Shown one piece after another: positions 49,566 to 61,876 of a DNA stretch of 64,000 nt (positions within the stretch are counted from its first letter, which is position 1; every line of letters begins with the position of its first letter). A model generated the notes under the pieces. It searched no databases and had not been told where the DNA came from. It was given only the letters and a program-made list of their open reading frames with translations. Location of the stretch: NCBI RefSeq assembly GCF_902713615.1, contig NC_052157.1:44850553-44914552 (forward strand). Reading direction: 5' to 3'. Source of the DNA: Scyliorhinus canicula (Eukaryota). The position numbers and the translations under genes are program-made.

Positions 49566-52500
49566 CCAGCAGTTCCTAAATGCGCTCATGCTATTTGCCC
49601 CAGCTACCCCGTGTGGCAGCACTCCACACTCAAACTGCTCCCTAGGTAAAGCAATTAGGAAGTAAATATATTATTGAAAACTTTATCTCTCACAAAATCC
49701 TTAATCTTATGAAACATTTAACAGGATTTTGTACATTGTGTATAGCTTAGTAATTGGTGTACTCTTGTGAAAATATACAGGTTGAAATTTAGATGTTAAC
49801 CCATACTTGATTTTATCATAGGGTATCTTAGATTGGATGGTGTACTTATCTGTAATCATACTGATTTAATATGCAGAGATGAATGCTAATTTCAGCACCA
49901 GCATTTCCTTTTTATTAATGTACTTGTTCCATTTGTATCTATAAGGAACATCTAAAATTACTGCTAAAGTGCATTTTAACACGCATTCTTCAGCACGTCA
50001 TTACATATTCATTTTACAGACCATGAAAATTATTCTTGGCTGGTTGCAATAGTGATCTTGCACCCAGTACCCTTTGGGGCAGCAATTGGCAACCAGATTA
50101 AGATCGTACCCGTTTTCAAAGGTGAGCCAACCTTCCGTCCTGGAATTTAGTTGACAATTTAAATATGCACTGATATTAAATGGTACTTGAGAGTGATTCA
50201 ATTTCAAGTTAATGGGGGCGGTTACTCAGGCCTCAAAAGCAGTCCTATATTGGCCCATAAGTCTCAGAAGAGAGGCAGCCAGACAGATCAGTTTAATGAC
50301 GAGATTAGATCTCTGGTACAAGTATGCCCAGAAAAGACATTATCTGAGTCAAATTTAAGCAGACTTGTTCTGGGGTCCATTGGTGGTTAGGAGGCTGGAA
50401 TCTATGTTTATGTATTCAAAAGCCATGTATTTTTTTAATATAGTAGTGCAGTTTCTGCACACAGAGGGACCAATTTGGTTCTATTCAAATGTCACAAAGG
50501 GCAATTTTACATGCCAAATTAGAGGATGAAAGGGAAGGTGGACTAACAGCACTGTGAGTGTACCTACACCTCAGTGACTCGAGAAAGTAGCTCATCACCA
50601 CCTTTTCAAGTGCAACTAAGGATGGGTGATAAATGATAGCCTAGCCAGCAACTCCACCATCCCATAAAAATGAATAAAATAATATGTACTTTAACTTTAA
50701 GGGATTTTTAAAAAAATCTCTTACCACTGTATTAGAAAGGAAACTTCATATAATGCCTTCAGATGCTCCGAAGTGTATCACTTTTGAATTGCCTTCATTG
50801 TTGTAATGCATACCAATGCAAGATCCTAGTGATGGCTGAGGATTAAAGGTTATCCGGGACATTGGCAGAACTCCTGTGTACTTTTTATAGTGCAAAGGGG
50901 CATTTTACAACCACCTGACCAGACAGACAGTGTCTCTGTTTAACATCTCATGCAAAAGAGCACATATCTGACAATGTAACATTCCCTCAGTACTGCTTTG
51001 AAGGGTCAGCCTCTACTATCAGCTCCAGTGGTTACCAGGAGCTAAGCTGTTGGGCGGGTTCTCCCCTCCGGACCCGCTCAATAATTAACAGGCAGATCAC
51101 CTTGGTTCAATTGTGGTTTCATCTGTGGCAATGGAAGGTGACCGAACTGAAACATTAACTCGGTTTCTCTCTCCACAGATGCTGCCTGACCTGAATATTT
51201 CCAGAATTTTCTGTTCACAGCTGGTTATTAGCCATGTGACACGTCAAGTAGATAGTAGGTACTAGCAACTCCTGAAAGTATAGTCAGTATCATAACTCAC
51301 CAGAATATGTGTGACTTCAATGGTACCATCCTCCATTATAGATGCAGATGGCATTGGCAAATCCTTGACTTCTAAACCATGGATATATGAGTCAGCAGTT
51401 TCAAGCCCAATCTCCATCGAACACCTCCCAGCAGCTATAATGCTAAGCCTCATTTGAGTTTCCTCATCAGCTGTGTTACAGACATCTGCTTTTGGCATGG
51501 TGGGTCAGAACAGGCTCATCCACTAATTCTTTCATGAAACGGATAACCCTTGTGCATATGAAACTTTTCTAAAATGTAGCCCAGTTTTGATTTGAAATTG
51601 AGTTTGCATGATCATGGTTTACACTCGTGGGTTAGGTAGCCAATTAACCAGTGGATTGTCAAAATGCTACTTGGCATTAATTCCTGCAGCAGGTGTTAAA
51701 TAAAAGAAAAAGACCAGAGAAGGTGTTTGTTATAATTTGAAGGAATATGTTGCTCTCTTCAATCCACCGGCTGAGTAAGGATGATTGACGTTTTTGCATT
51801 GTGTCCCTAGGCCTGCTGTAACTAAAGTTGAGCTCTCGGAGACTGAGACAGAAAGGCTGTGATTCAGGGAGCTGAAACCTTAGCCTTGTTCAGATAGCTT
51901 GACATTATTTATCAAACTGCTGAGTGCAGTCTTCAACTGAGTTTCATCGGAAATGATCAGATTGCGGACCTTCTAAAACCCTGGTCAGGTGAAGCACAGG
52001 ATGTCAACAGCACAAAGCCCCAACAATGAATGAGTTTTGGTTGCAACTCTTTAGTTAAATATGTATTTCAGATCTTACTGGGTTCAATTTCGATACTGAA
52101 AGAGGAATATCTGATTCTTCAGTGACTGAAGTCTAGTATCTGCCGGACGAATGCAATAATGGACAACGTGAAACACCGCGCTGGGCTGTTGGCAGAAGGA
52201 TCACCGCTGCAAGCAGATGCTGCTTTCAGACAAAGGCTGCCTGTTTTGTCTGTTGCTTTCTTCCCTCTGAGGAACAGACCTTTGACCCCGGTCTTAGCCT
52301 GCCTGCCTTCTGGCTTAATTTTGGGGAGTGCTATTAATCTCTGTTACCGTGTTATTAGTTTTGTAAATTATTAAATGAGGATGATAATTCATGAATTTCG
52401 GAAATTGTTGATGCTTTGCATCGGATGGTTAAACCTGATTGGTTGTTACCGGGGCAGTATTTGCTTAAACTTTGTGCCTGTGGCTTCAGTTGTTCTTTCT

Positions 52501-52756
52501 AAATTGTTTTCTCTTCTTTAACTTCAGCCTGCTGTAGTTTGTTAAATATGTATTGTCTCTTTTAAGCGAGAAAAAAAAAATTCAAATCGCTGTTAAAATT
52601 ATATTGCTATTGTTATTGTTAACCATGCAGTACCTCTAAAATATGCTGAAAAAATATGGTTTCAGTCAGTTGTGCAATAAATCATGGGGATAACGCACAA
52701 TTAGGACTGGTGCTGATCTGACTGTGGTCTGCAAGTGTCAAGAAAGAACTTGCATT

Positions 52757-52970
52757 TATTTTTTTTTAAACGCATTTTATTCAAACTTGTGTCAAAGTAG
52801 GTTACAGCAAATAAACACCCCGGGAAGCATTCTTCCCAAAAATCAACTATACCGTTTGTACAGATTTTCCTCCTTTTTCATCCTGCCCCCCCCCCCCCCC
52901 CCCCCCCCCACCCCTGCGACAAACAGCTCCTCAAACACGGTCACAAACATCTCCCACCTTTTCTCAAACT
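52757..52970 (-). mobile_element. Short L1-clade 3' end fragment
   Basis: Plus strand shows poly-T, ttttatt (AATAAA on minus), a long poly-C tract and then ORF2-end-like sequence; same layout as 55249-55560. Confidence 0.65.
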
Positions 52971-53784
52971 AATAACTTGCTATAGGGCGGAATTTTTATG
53001 TTCCTCTGCTGGTAGGTTTATAGGCCGGGAGTGGAGTGACTGTAAAATTATTTGGATGGCCTTCCCACCAGCCTACGCCACCCCCCACCCACACTCTAGT
53101 CTTGTTCTATTGAGGCCCTTACAATCATAGAATCCCTACAGTGCAGAAGGAGGCCATTCGACCCATCAAGTCCCATCAAGCAGCATTGTGTTTGCCATTG
53201 ACTCCTCGAATGGTCAGAAAGGAAACTGCCATCGACGTCAAGATGTTCCAAAATGCTCTACAACCAATTAAGGTATTTTTTTGTGTATTACAGGGAGCAA
53301 CAAGCAGACAATGTTCACAGAGAAAGGTCCCACAATAGGCAACCTAATATTGACCAGATGGTCTCTTTCAAGGTAATGCCTTAGGGTAGTGGGGTAGTGC
53401 CCAATGCTAGGCTAGAAGTTCCTCGTTCAAGTCCCACTTCAGGACTCGACGGCCACAGAAGGTGCTTTCATACTGTGGTTGATTGTCAGCCTGTAAATCC
53501 TTCCAATATGCCTGATGGCAAGAGCAGGAGATTTTTTTTTTATCATTCAAGGAATGTGGGCATCACTGGGCTGTGCAAGCATTTCTTTCTCATCCCTAAT
53601 TGCCCTTGAACTGAGTGGCTTGCTTGGCCACTGGAGAATCAAGCCAAGAGTGGCAGATTTACTTCTGCCAAGAGTGGCAGATTTACAGATTACCCATGGT
53701 CATCATTAGACTTTTAACTCCAGACTTTTATTGAATTCAAATTTCATCGTCTGCCATGGTGGGATTTGAACCTAGTCCCTAGAG

Positions 53785-55223
53785 CAGTGTTTTTCAAACT
53801 TTTTGACCCAGGACCCTTTTTTGCCAACCGGCTGACCTTTGCAACCGATGACGGACGACCATCGTGACCCACGCCACGTTTGATTACCTTTAATGCGAAA
53901 AGGGAGTATACTTGGTCTTCGTGATCTCACTCCAATCAGGTTCGCAGGAGGAGAGATCAATGCGCATATCAGGTGTAGACTTCAACCAGTTCCTTTGTGC
54001 CGTCTTCATTTTTGTGACAATGGAAAATCCAACCTCGCACATGTAGGTCATTGTGAAAGGAAATAGCAACAAAATGTTGTTCTACTCAACACTGGGTACT
54101 TCTGGAAGATGCTACTCCAGAATGCTGACAGCCTCTTGGTCTTTTAGTGTGTTTCTAGTGTGCTGTCACAGGTCAGTTATTTGGCGTCACCTGTAAGTTA
54201 ATAACTGACTCTGGGGTCTCAACCTCAAAAGGAATTCACCCACCATATCTCTTTCAAAATCTGAAACTTCTCTCATTTGCCATTACTTCCCTGCACATAA
54301 CACACATGGGCTCAGCATCCAATTTACATTGGCACAATTGAAAAAAAGCATACCTCAAGAAATTATATTGATACTGATTTGTTCCTGAATTAACATTCTT
54401 CTTTGGAGGCTGTTCACCAGAGGCCCTGGAGCTCTGTACAGAGCTAACACTAGCACTGCTCTGTCCTGCCGTAGAATGGCCTGAGCATCTCTCTTCAGCA
54501 GATTCAAATGTGAGAATCTTGTCAGTAGGTACACTGCCTATTTATTCTCTGGCCGTCTCTTCCTTTTAATAAAACAATATATCTAAATAGTCCTCTTGCC
54601 TTGCTCAGTAGCAGCTAGAAAATGGAGTAATCTCTCCTCCATGATTTGGCCCAAAAGCAAATACTTACATAGAAGCCCTACAGTGCAGAAGGAGGCCCAT
54701 CGAGTCTGCACTTGCCCCTCCAAATGAGCAGCTTACCTAGGCCCACCTCCTCTGCCCTAAACCCATAACCCCACCTAACCTGCACATCTTTGAACAACTG
54801 AGGGGCAATTTATCATGGCCAATCCACCTAACCTGCACATCTTTGGACTGTGGGAGGAAACCAGAGCACACAGAGGAAACATATAAACTCCACACAGGCA
54901 CCTAAAGCTGGAATTGAATCCCGATCCCTGGAGCTGAGAGGCAGCAGTGCTAACCACTGTGCCACCGTGCAGAGCACTTGACATTAAGTGTATGTGAAGG
55001 GCGTGTGAGCTGTCCACTATGTGGCCGCTTATTGGCAGAAGACTGAACACAGCGTCATTTTGTTCTTATTTAAAAGCTGGTAGCGCCCACCATTCCCAAT
55101 TTAAATTCCGATAGCAGCCTTTTGATGCTTCTCCCGCGATCGGGACAACAATGGGAACACCGCGACTGATCACTCCGTGACCCTCTCGACACCTTCCCGA
55201 GACCTGCACTTTGCAAAGCCCTG
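53785..55223 (-). mobile_element. hAT (Charlie/Buster-like) DNA transposon, internally deleted
   Basis: TIRs cagtgtttttcaaac / ctttgcaaagccctg; 8-bp TSD ccctagag (53777-53784) / ccctaggc (55224-55231). Minus-strand transposase remnants: LLFPFTMTYMCEVGFSIVTKMKTAQRNWL...DMRIDLSSCEPDW (dimerisation domain) and PMCVLCREVMAN (BED-finger-like). Confidence 0.85.
54668..54970 (-). mobile_element. HE1-like V-SINE (tail B2) nested in the hAT element
   Basis: catagaagccctacagtgcagaaggaggccc...gcagtgctaaccactgtgccaccgtgc. Confidence 0.85.
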
Positions 55224-55248
55224 CCCTAGGCGTGATTCTCTGGATTAC

Positions 55249-57395
55249 TTTTTTTTTTAGAAAATATTTTATTGAAGCATTTGTAATTTTCACAGTTTAA
55301 CACATTAACATTTCTTAAACAACCGCGCGGGCCGAAAAACGCAAAAAACCTATAAAAGAAGTCCCCTACTGCCCACGCCCTAGTCCCTAACTACCTGTAT
55401 ACTGCGTTCATTGTCATCTAATACTGCTATGCCTCCTATTTTCTTCTCCCCCCCCCCCCCCCCCCCCCCCCCCCCCTTATTGCTGACGTTCAATTTTCTT
55501 TGAAGAAGTCGATGAACGGCTGCCATCTCTGGGTGAACCCCTGAATTGATCCTCTCAAGGCGAACTTGATTTTTTTCCAGGCTGAGAAACCCCGCCGTAT
55601 CGCTGACCCACACACCTGAATTCGGGGGCTCTGAGTCCCTCCATCCCAGCAAAATCCGTCTCCGGGCTGTCATAAGTATATGATGGTGCACAGACAGACA
55701 TTGGTTGACACATAGGATGACCAATGAACACACAGAACACAGCAGCCAATCACTAGACAGGACACGGCCACTATAAAGCCAGAGGGCACTAGTTTTCCCG
55801 CTCTCTTGGGATCCAGCCTCTGAGACAGTCAGAGCCCGTGAGCAACAACTCGAACATCCACCATGTGGTAGTAAGATAGTCTGGTCAGGTTAGCCTCAGG
55901 TCCCCAGTCAACTCAGCATAGTGTCAACCCACAGTTAAAGTATGTTTAACAGTTAAGAGGTCAATAAAATAGAGTTGCATTTCAAGTGTTGGAAGCCTGT
56001 CTCTCTCACTGCTATTGTAAACACAATCCTCGCAGACCCAGCATACCCAACACATCACGGGCCACCAGGGAGGAGAAGACCAGGACATCGGCCTCCCTTC
56101 CCCCCCTTGGCCCCCGGATCATCCGATACCCCAAATATTGTCAGTTCTGGACTCGGAGTTACCCCCCCCCTCCAGGACTTCTGACATAACGTCCGCAAAT
56201 CCCTGCCAGAATCCCCTCAACTTCAGACACGCCCAGAACATATTTACATGGTTAGCCGGGCTACCCCCACACCGCCCACATCTGTCCTCCACCTCGTCAA
56301 AGAACCTGCTCATCCGGGCTACCGTCATGTGGGCCCTGTGGACCACTTTGAACTGGATCAGGCTAAGTCTGGCACCTTGACTCCCTTCAAGGCCCTTTCA
56401 TTTCCAGCTCTCTTCCCAGCTCCTCTTCCCACTTCCGCTTCACCTCCCTCATCGAGGCCCCCTCCCAAACCATCAACTCTTTGTATATCTCCGAAATCCT
56501 CCCCTCTCCAACCCCAGTTTTTGGCATCACCTTATCTTGTAGTCCCCTCAGGAGGAGGCGAGGAAAGCTAGGAACCTCCTTCGTACAAAGTCCCGGACCT
56601 GAAGGTATTGAAACCCATTCCCGGCCGGTAGCTCAAAGTCCTCCTCTAGTGCCTTCAAGGTCGAAAAGCCCTCCTGGATAAATAAATCCCCAAATCTCTC
56701 GATCACTGCCTGCTGCAACCTCCTGAAGCCCCCATCCAGCCTCCTTGGGACAAACCGGTGATTGTTACAAATCGGAGACCATACTCCAATTCCATGTGCT
56801 GCCTCCATTGCCCCCACACCCGTATGGCTGCCACCACCACAGGGCTTGTAGAGTACCGAGCCGGCGAGAACGGCAGGGGCGCTGCTAGTAAAGCCTCCAA
56901 ATTCGTACCCTTGCAGGATTCCACGGGCTCCCAGGCCGACCCCTCCCCCACTACCCACTTCCTGACCATCAACATGCGGGCCGCCCAGTAATAATTAATA
57001 AAGCTCGGGAGGGCCAGGCCCCCCTCTCCGCGGCCCTTCTCCAGGAGTGCCCTTTTTACTCTCGGGGTTTTCCCCGCCTACACAAAACCTGTAATCGCCA
57101 AGCTTATTTTTGTTAAAAAAAAGCCTTTGGGACAAAAATCAGAAGCCATTGAAAAAAGAAAAGCAGTTTTGGGAGGACTGTCATCTTCTCCGTCTGGACC
57201 CTTCCCGCTAGCGTCAGCGGGAGCATGTCTCATCTATGGAAATCCCTTTTCATTTGGTCGACCGCTTTGCCCAGATTTAACTTGTGGAGCTGCCCCCACT
57301 CTTTAGCCACTTGAATCCCTAAATATCTAAAACTTCCCGCCAGCACTTTAAAAGGTAACTCCCTCAGTCTCCTTTCCTGCCCCCGTGCTGCATCA
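55249..57395 (-). mobile_element. L1-clade LINE, 5'-truncated, with internal deletions
   Basis: Minus-strand SFRYLGIQVAKEWGQLHKLNL, FQYLQVRDF and CGRCGGSPANHVNMFWAC; poly-A/AATAAA and poly-G 3' UTR; same family as 32020-33407. Confidence 0.9.
55668..56057 (+). mobile_element. Solo LTR (390 bp) inserted in the L1
   Basis: TG...CA ends; 5-bp TSD CGGGC (55663-55667, 56058-56062); CCAAT boxes, TATAAA (~55772), AATAAA (~55963). The L1 reading frame resumes on both sides. Confidence 0.9.
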
Positions 57396-57699
57396 AACTT
57401 TTTCCCAGATTGGCTAGACCAACTGCAGTCCACACCCATCACCCCAATGAAAATCCTGCCTTTGGGGGCATTTTCGCCTGAGGCAGAGCTGGGAATTTTC
57501 CCAACTCCGCCGACCCAGCTCAAGGAAGAAAATCCAGGCCTAACTCTCTGCACCTCTCTACCTGTCTCTCCCTTGAAGGTTTTCCTTAGTTGGTGAAAGA
57601 GGGTGCAGACGTATAGTGGTAATCAAACTGGACTAGTAATTCAGCGACGTAGGCTAATACTCCTGAGGACATGGGTTCAAATCCGACTAGAACAGCTGA

Positions 57700-58044
57700 T
57701 CATAGAATTTATAGAATCATTGAATTAACAGTGCAGAAGGAGGCCATTTGGCCCATCGAGTCTGCACCGGCTCTTGGAAAGAGCACCCTACCCAAGCCCA
57801 CAGCTCTACCCTATCCCCATAACCCAGTAACCCCACCCAACACTAAGGGCAATTTTGGACACTAAGGGCAGTCTGGCATGGCCAATCCACCCTAACCTGG
57901 ACATCTTTGGACTTTGGGAGGAAACCAGAGCACCCGGAGGAAATCTACGCACACACAGGGAGAACGTGCAGACTCCGCACAGACATGGTCCTAAATTGGG
58001 AATCAAACCTGGGACCCTGGAGCTGTGAAACAATTGTGCTAACC
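57700..58044 (-). mobile_element. HE1-like V-SINE, tail B2
   Basis: Reverse complement of the 38643-38997 type, inserted in an older SINE-like repeat (57605-58270). Confidence 0.9.
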
Positions 58045-58331
58045 ACTATGCTACCATGCTGCCCATGATGAAATGGAAATCCCATTAATGAAATCTAGAA
58101 TGTAAAGCTAGCCTTGATAATAGCGACCATGAAACCATTGTGAATTGTAAAAACCCATCTGGTTAACCGATGTCCTTTAGAGAAGGAAATATGCCATCCT
58201 TACCAAACCTGGCCTACTTGTGAGGCCAGTCACACACACACGCAGAAATGTGGTTGACTCTTAAATCCCCACGTAAACTGCTCAATTGTGTGAAACCACC
58301 CATGAGTAGTTCCCTTCCTAAGAGCATTTTT

Positions 58332-58605
58332 AATCTTTATTATTGTCACAAGTAGGCTTACATTAACACTGCAATGAAGTTACTGTGAAAATCCCTTCAT
58401 CGCCACTGTTTGGGTACACTGAGGGTGAATTCAGAATGTCCAGTTCACCCAACAGGACTTGTAGGAGGAAACCGGAGCACCCGAAGGAAACCCACACAGA
58501 CACAGGGCGAACGTGCAAACTCCACACAGACAGTGACCCAAGCAAGAATCGAACCTGGGATCCTGGTGCTGTGAAGCAATATTGCTAACCACTGTGCTAC
58601 CGTGC
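58332..58605 (-). mobile_element. V-SINE, tail type C
   Basis: atctttattattgtcacaagtaggcttacattaacactgcaatgaagttactgtgaaaa...gctaaccactgtgctaccgtgc. Confidence 0.9.
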
Positions 58606-59356
58606 ATTGTGAGTGCACCTGCACCACCACCCTGGTCTCAAAGACAGTTAAGGATGGGTAATAAGTGCTGGCCTAGCGACCCACGTAACCTTTAAAATAA
58701 TAGATTTTTAAAATGGCAATGAGATGTCAAACACTTACAAGCAATGGAAAAATAAAAACTAATGTGAAGTTGGAACAAAATGCCTTTACAAAGAATGTGG
58801 AATTCTGAAAACTTTAGAGGATGTAAATATGACCGGGATAAAAGACTTGGAGTTTTGTTTTTATTCATTCATGGGACGTGGGCGGTCCATCTGTGCCAGC
58901 ATTTACTGCCCATCCCTAATTGCTCTTGAGGGAACAGAGTCAACCGCAATGCCATGGGTCTGGAGTCAAATGTAAGCCAGTCCAGGTAAGGATGACAGAT
59001 TTCCACGCATTAGTGAACCAGATGCGTTTTTATGACAATCAACAATTGTTTCATCGTCATCATTAGACTTTTAATTCAAGATTTTTATTGAATTCAAATT
59101 TTACCATTTGCCATGGCGGGATTTGAACCTGGGACCCCAGAGTATTCTGGATTACTAATCCACTATGCCATCAGCCCCCTGGCCATTGGTTACCATTCCC
59201 TCATCCATTCTTCGACAAAGTCAAGGGTGAAATTGAAAAGATGTGAGAGCAAAGGGTTATCTCACCGGTCACCATACCAACAGGAATGGTTATGGCCTCA
59301 AAACCAAATTGCTCCATAAGAATCTGCATGGCCTTAACTCAACTAAACAAATAAGA

Positions 59357-59581
59357 GGGCAGCACGGTAGCGCAGTGAGTAGCACTGCAGCCTCACAACA
59401 CTAAGGTCTCAGGTTCGATCCCGGCTCTGGGTCACTGTCCGTGTGGAGTTTGCACATTCTCCCCGTGTTTGCATGGGTTTCGCCCTCACAACCCAAAGAT
59501 GTGCAGGCTGGGTGGATTGGCCACGCTGAATTGCCCCTTAATCGGAAAAAATGAATAGGGTACTCTAAATTTATTTTTTAA
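59357..59581 (+). mobile_element. V-SINE, tail type A, inserted in the Gypsy RT
   Basis: 15-bp TSD aactaaacaa(a/g)taag at 59341-59355 and 59582-59596. Confidence 0.9.
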
Positions 59582-60122
59582 AACTAAACAAGTAAGTGGA
59601 ATGTGGGATATATGTTCAATGGATGAGACTAATCAAGAGAACTCTATTTACCAAATTGGATGTGAACAGTGGAGTTTGGCAGTTGCACCTGGGCAAAGAA
59701 TCCAGCTTGCTGACCACATTTGTAGCCTCATTTAGTTCTCATTGCTTCAACAGATTGTCCTTTGGAATAGTGTCAAAATATTTCACAGAATGGTGTCTCT
59801 CACTCCAGAAGGTATGGGAAGAGTAATATGCCATGTGGACGACATACTTATACACGGTTCCATGAGACGCGCATGACCAGAGGGTCAGGGCATCTTCGAT
59901 TGTCTTACAGGGTGCAGGCCTAACATTGAATGAAAAATGTGAGTTTGCCAAAGCTATGATCAAGTTTCTATGTTACACAGTGCAAGAACCTGGAATCACT
60001 AACAATCTCCACAACGCAGGAACATAACTGAGGTTCAAAGTTTCCATGGGATGGTCAACCGTAGGGCAAGCTCCTACGAATTTAGCAGAGGTTAATGAGC
60101 CAATGAGGCAGCTGTTGAGACA

Positions 60123-61530
60123 GGGGGCAAAATTCTCTGTTAGGGGGACTAAGTTCTCCTACCAGAGGCGAATTGCATTGGATTCATGCTCCCGCTGGGA
60201 GCACAGATCAGGAAGCAATTCACTATCCTTCAGCATGCAAATCTATGCGTGGTGAGGATGACAAGGGATTGCCGAGGGAATCCTGCTATCGGGCTGCCAT
60301 TTTTAATGGGCAGCCCGATAGTGAGGTCCCACGGTTGGCCACCCCCCCCCCCCCCCCACATCTCAAATCAGCCCCCCACCCCTGGAATTTCTGGATCCTC
60401 CCTCCTCCCACTTACGCGGGAGACCTGCTCCAACCCCCCCAAGATCCCTAAATAGGGAGCCCCCACAGAGACCCCCTTAATAGGGGGAACACCCACCTCA
60501 AAGATCCCCCAGTAAAGAGACCCCTGTTAGGAAGCGCCCCCACCCAGAAAAGGGAAACCTGTTGGGAAGCCCCTCAGAAAAGAGAGCCTTGTCTGGAAGC
60601 TACACACAGTCCAGACAGAGGCAGTGAAAAAAATTACTGTTGTAACTCTCAGCTGGGCAATACACCTGCTGGCTCAGACGGAGGAAGCAGCACCTGTCAA
60701 TTCCTGGAAAGAGAAAGCAGTGACCTGTGTTTAAAACTCTCAGGTCCTCGAGCTGCAAGCCATTCATTCATTTCCTTTACCGAGCTGTGATTGGCAAATT
60801 CCACACACACAGTTATCAGTCTTGCTTCATTCACCTTCCTTCATTTTTCAGTAGCTCTTAAGTGCTCTAACCATAATGTTTACAAATATCAACCACATCA
60901 AAGAGAGTTAACATGCATTCCAATCAGCCCCTTCACGCTTGAGTGATTTTGAAATACTCAGCTGGAAAGTGAAAGCACTTAACTCTCTTTGAAGTGGTTG
61001 ATGTTTCTAAACATTTAAGGGGTCTCTGAGGGAGATGATGGGGGGGGGGGGGTCTCGTGGGTGTGGGGTGGACAGGTCTTGCATTGTTGCGGGGGTAGGC
61101 TGGCCCTTGGATAGACTTTAGGGACAACTCTCTGAAAGAGTTACCCCCTTGGCCCACGGGAAGTCCACCATGACAGGGCCATGCTGGGAAATACTTGTGG
61201 TTCTTGCCCAGAGGGCCGGAAAATCACGAGGGCTTGGAGAATACAGAGCCCAGCCTACTAAGTGTCTTAATGACCCATTTGCATTCTCCTGCTGGCACGC
61301 GGGCACAAGCCTTGATCTCGTCTCCAGTGGAAGGCTGGAGCATTGGAAACGGACTGGTGCCCGGCACGATCTCGTTTTCTTCACAACTCCCAATTCTCCA
61401 CTGCATCTGGAACCCTGCTACCAGCATCGAAGGGCGGAGACTTTATCCCAGGGTCAACAGTGGTGTTGGTATGTGGACCACAAAATGCTTTTAAATGGGT
61501 TAAATAACTTAGAATCTCTTCTAAAGTCTT
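60123..61530. mobile_element. Non-autonomous Harbinger-like element inserted in the Gypsy pol
   Basis: Begins gggggcaaaattctc exactly where the Gypsy RT breaks off; shares blocks with 13480-14480; right end approximate. Confidence 0.55.
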
Positions 61531-61561
61531 GACATATTATGACTCAAAATTAATGACTGCA

Positions 61562-61876
61562 GTAATAATGATAATCTTTATTAGTGTCACAAGTACACTT
61601 ACATTTACACTGCAATGAAGTTACTGTGAAAAGCCCCCAGTCGCCAAACTCCAGCACTTGTTCAGGTACACTGAGGGAGAATTCAGAATGTCCAAGTCAC
61701 CTAACAAGCACGTCTTTTGGGACTTCGTGGGAGTAAACCGGAGCACCCAGAGGAAACCCTTTCACAGACACAGGGCATACGTGCAGACTCCGCACAGACA
61801 GTGACCCAAGCCGGGAATCGAATCCGGGTCCCAGGCACTGTGAAGCGACAGTGCTAACCACTGTGCTACCGTGCCA
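61562..61876 (-). mobile_element. V-SINE, tail type C
   Basis: Reverse complement of the type C family; lies immediately before the Gypsy RNase H fragment. Confidence 0.9.

Noticed and set aside
53643-53686. Tandem duplication gccaagagtggcagatttac x2 (also short duplications at ~810-838 and ~38371-38397)
   Set aside because: Small slippage-type duplications within decayed repeats; not a CRISPR-like or regularly spaced array.
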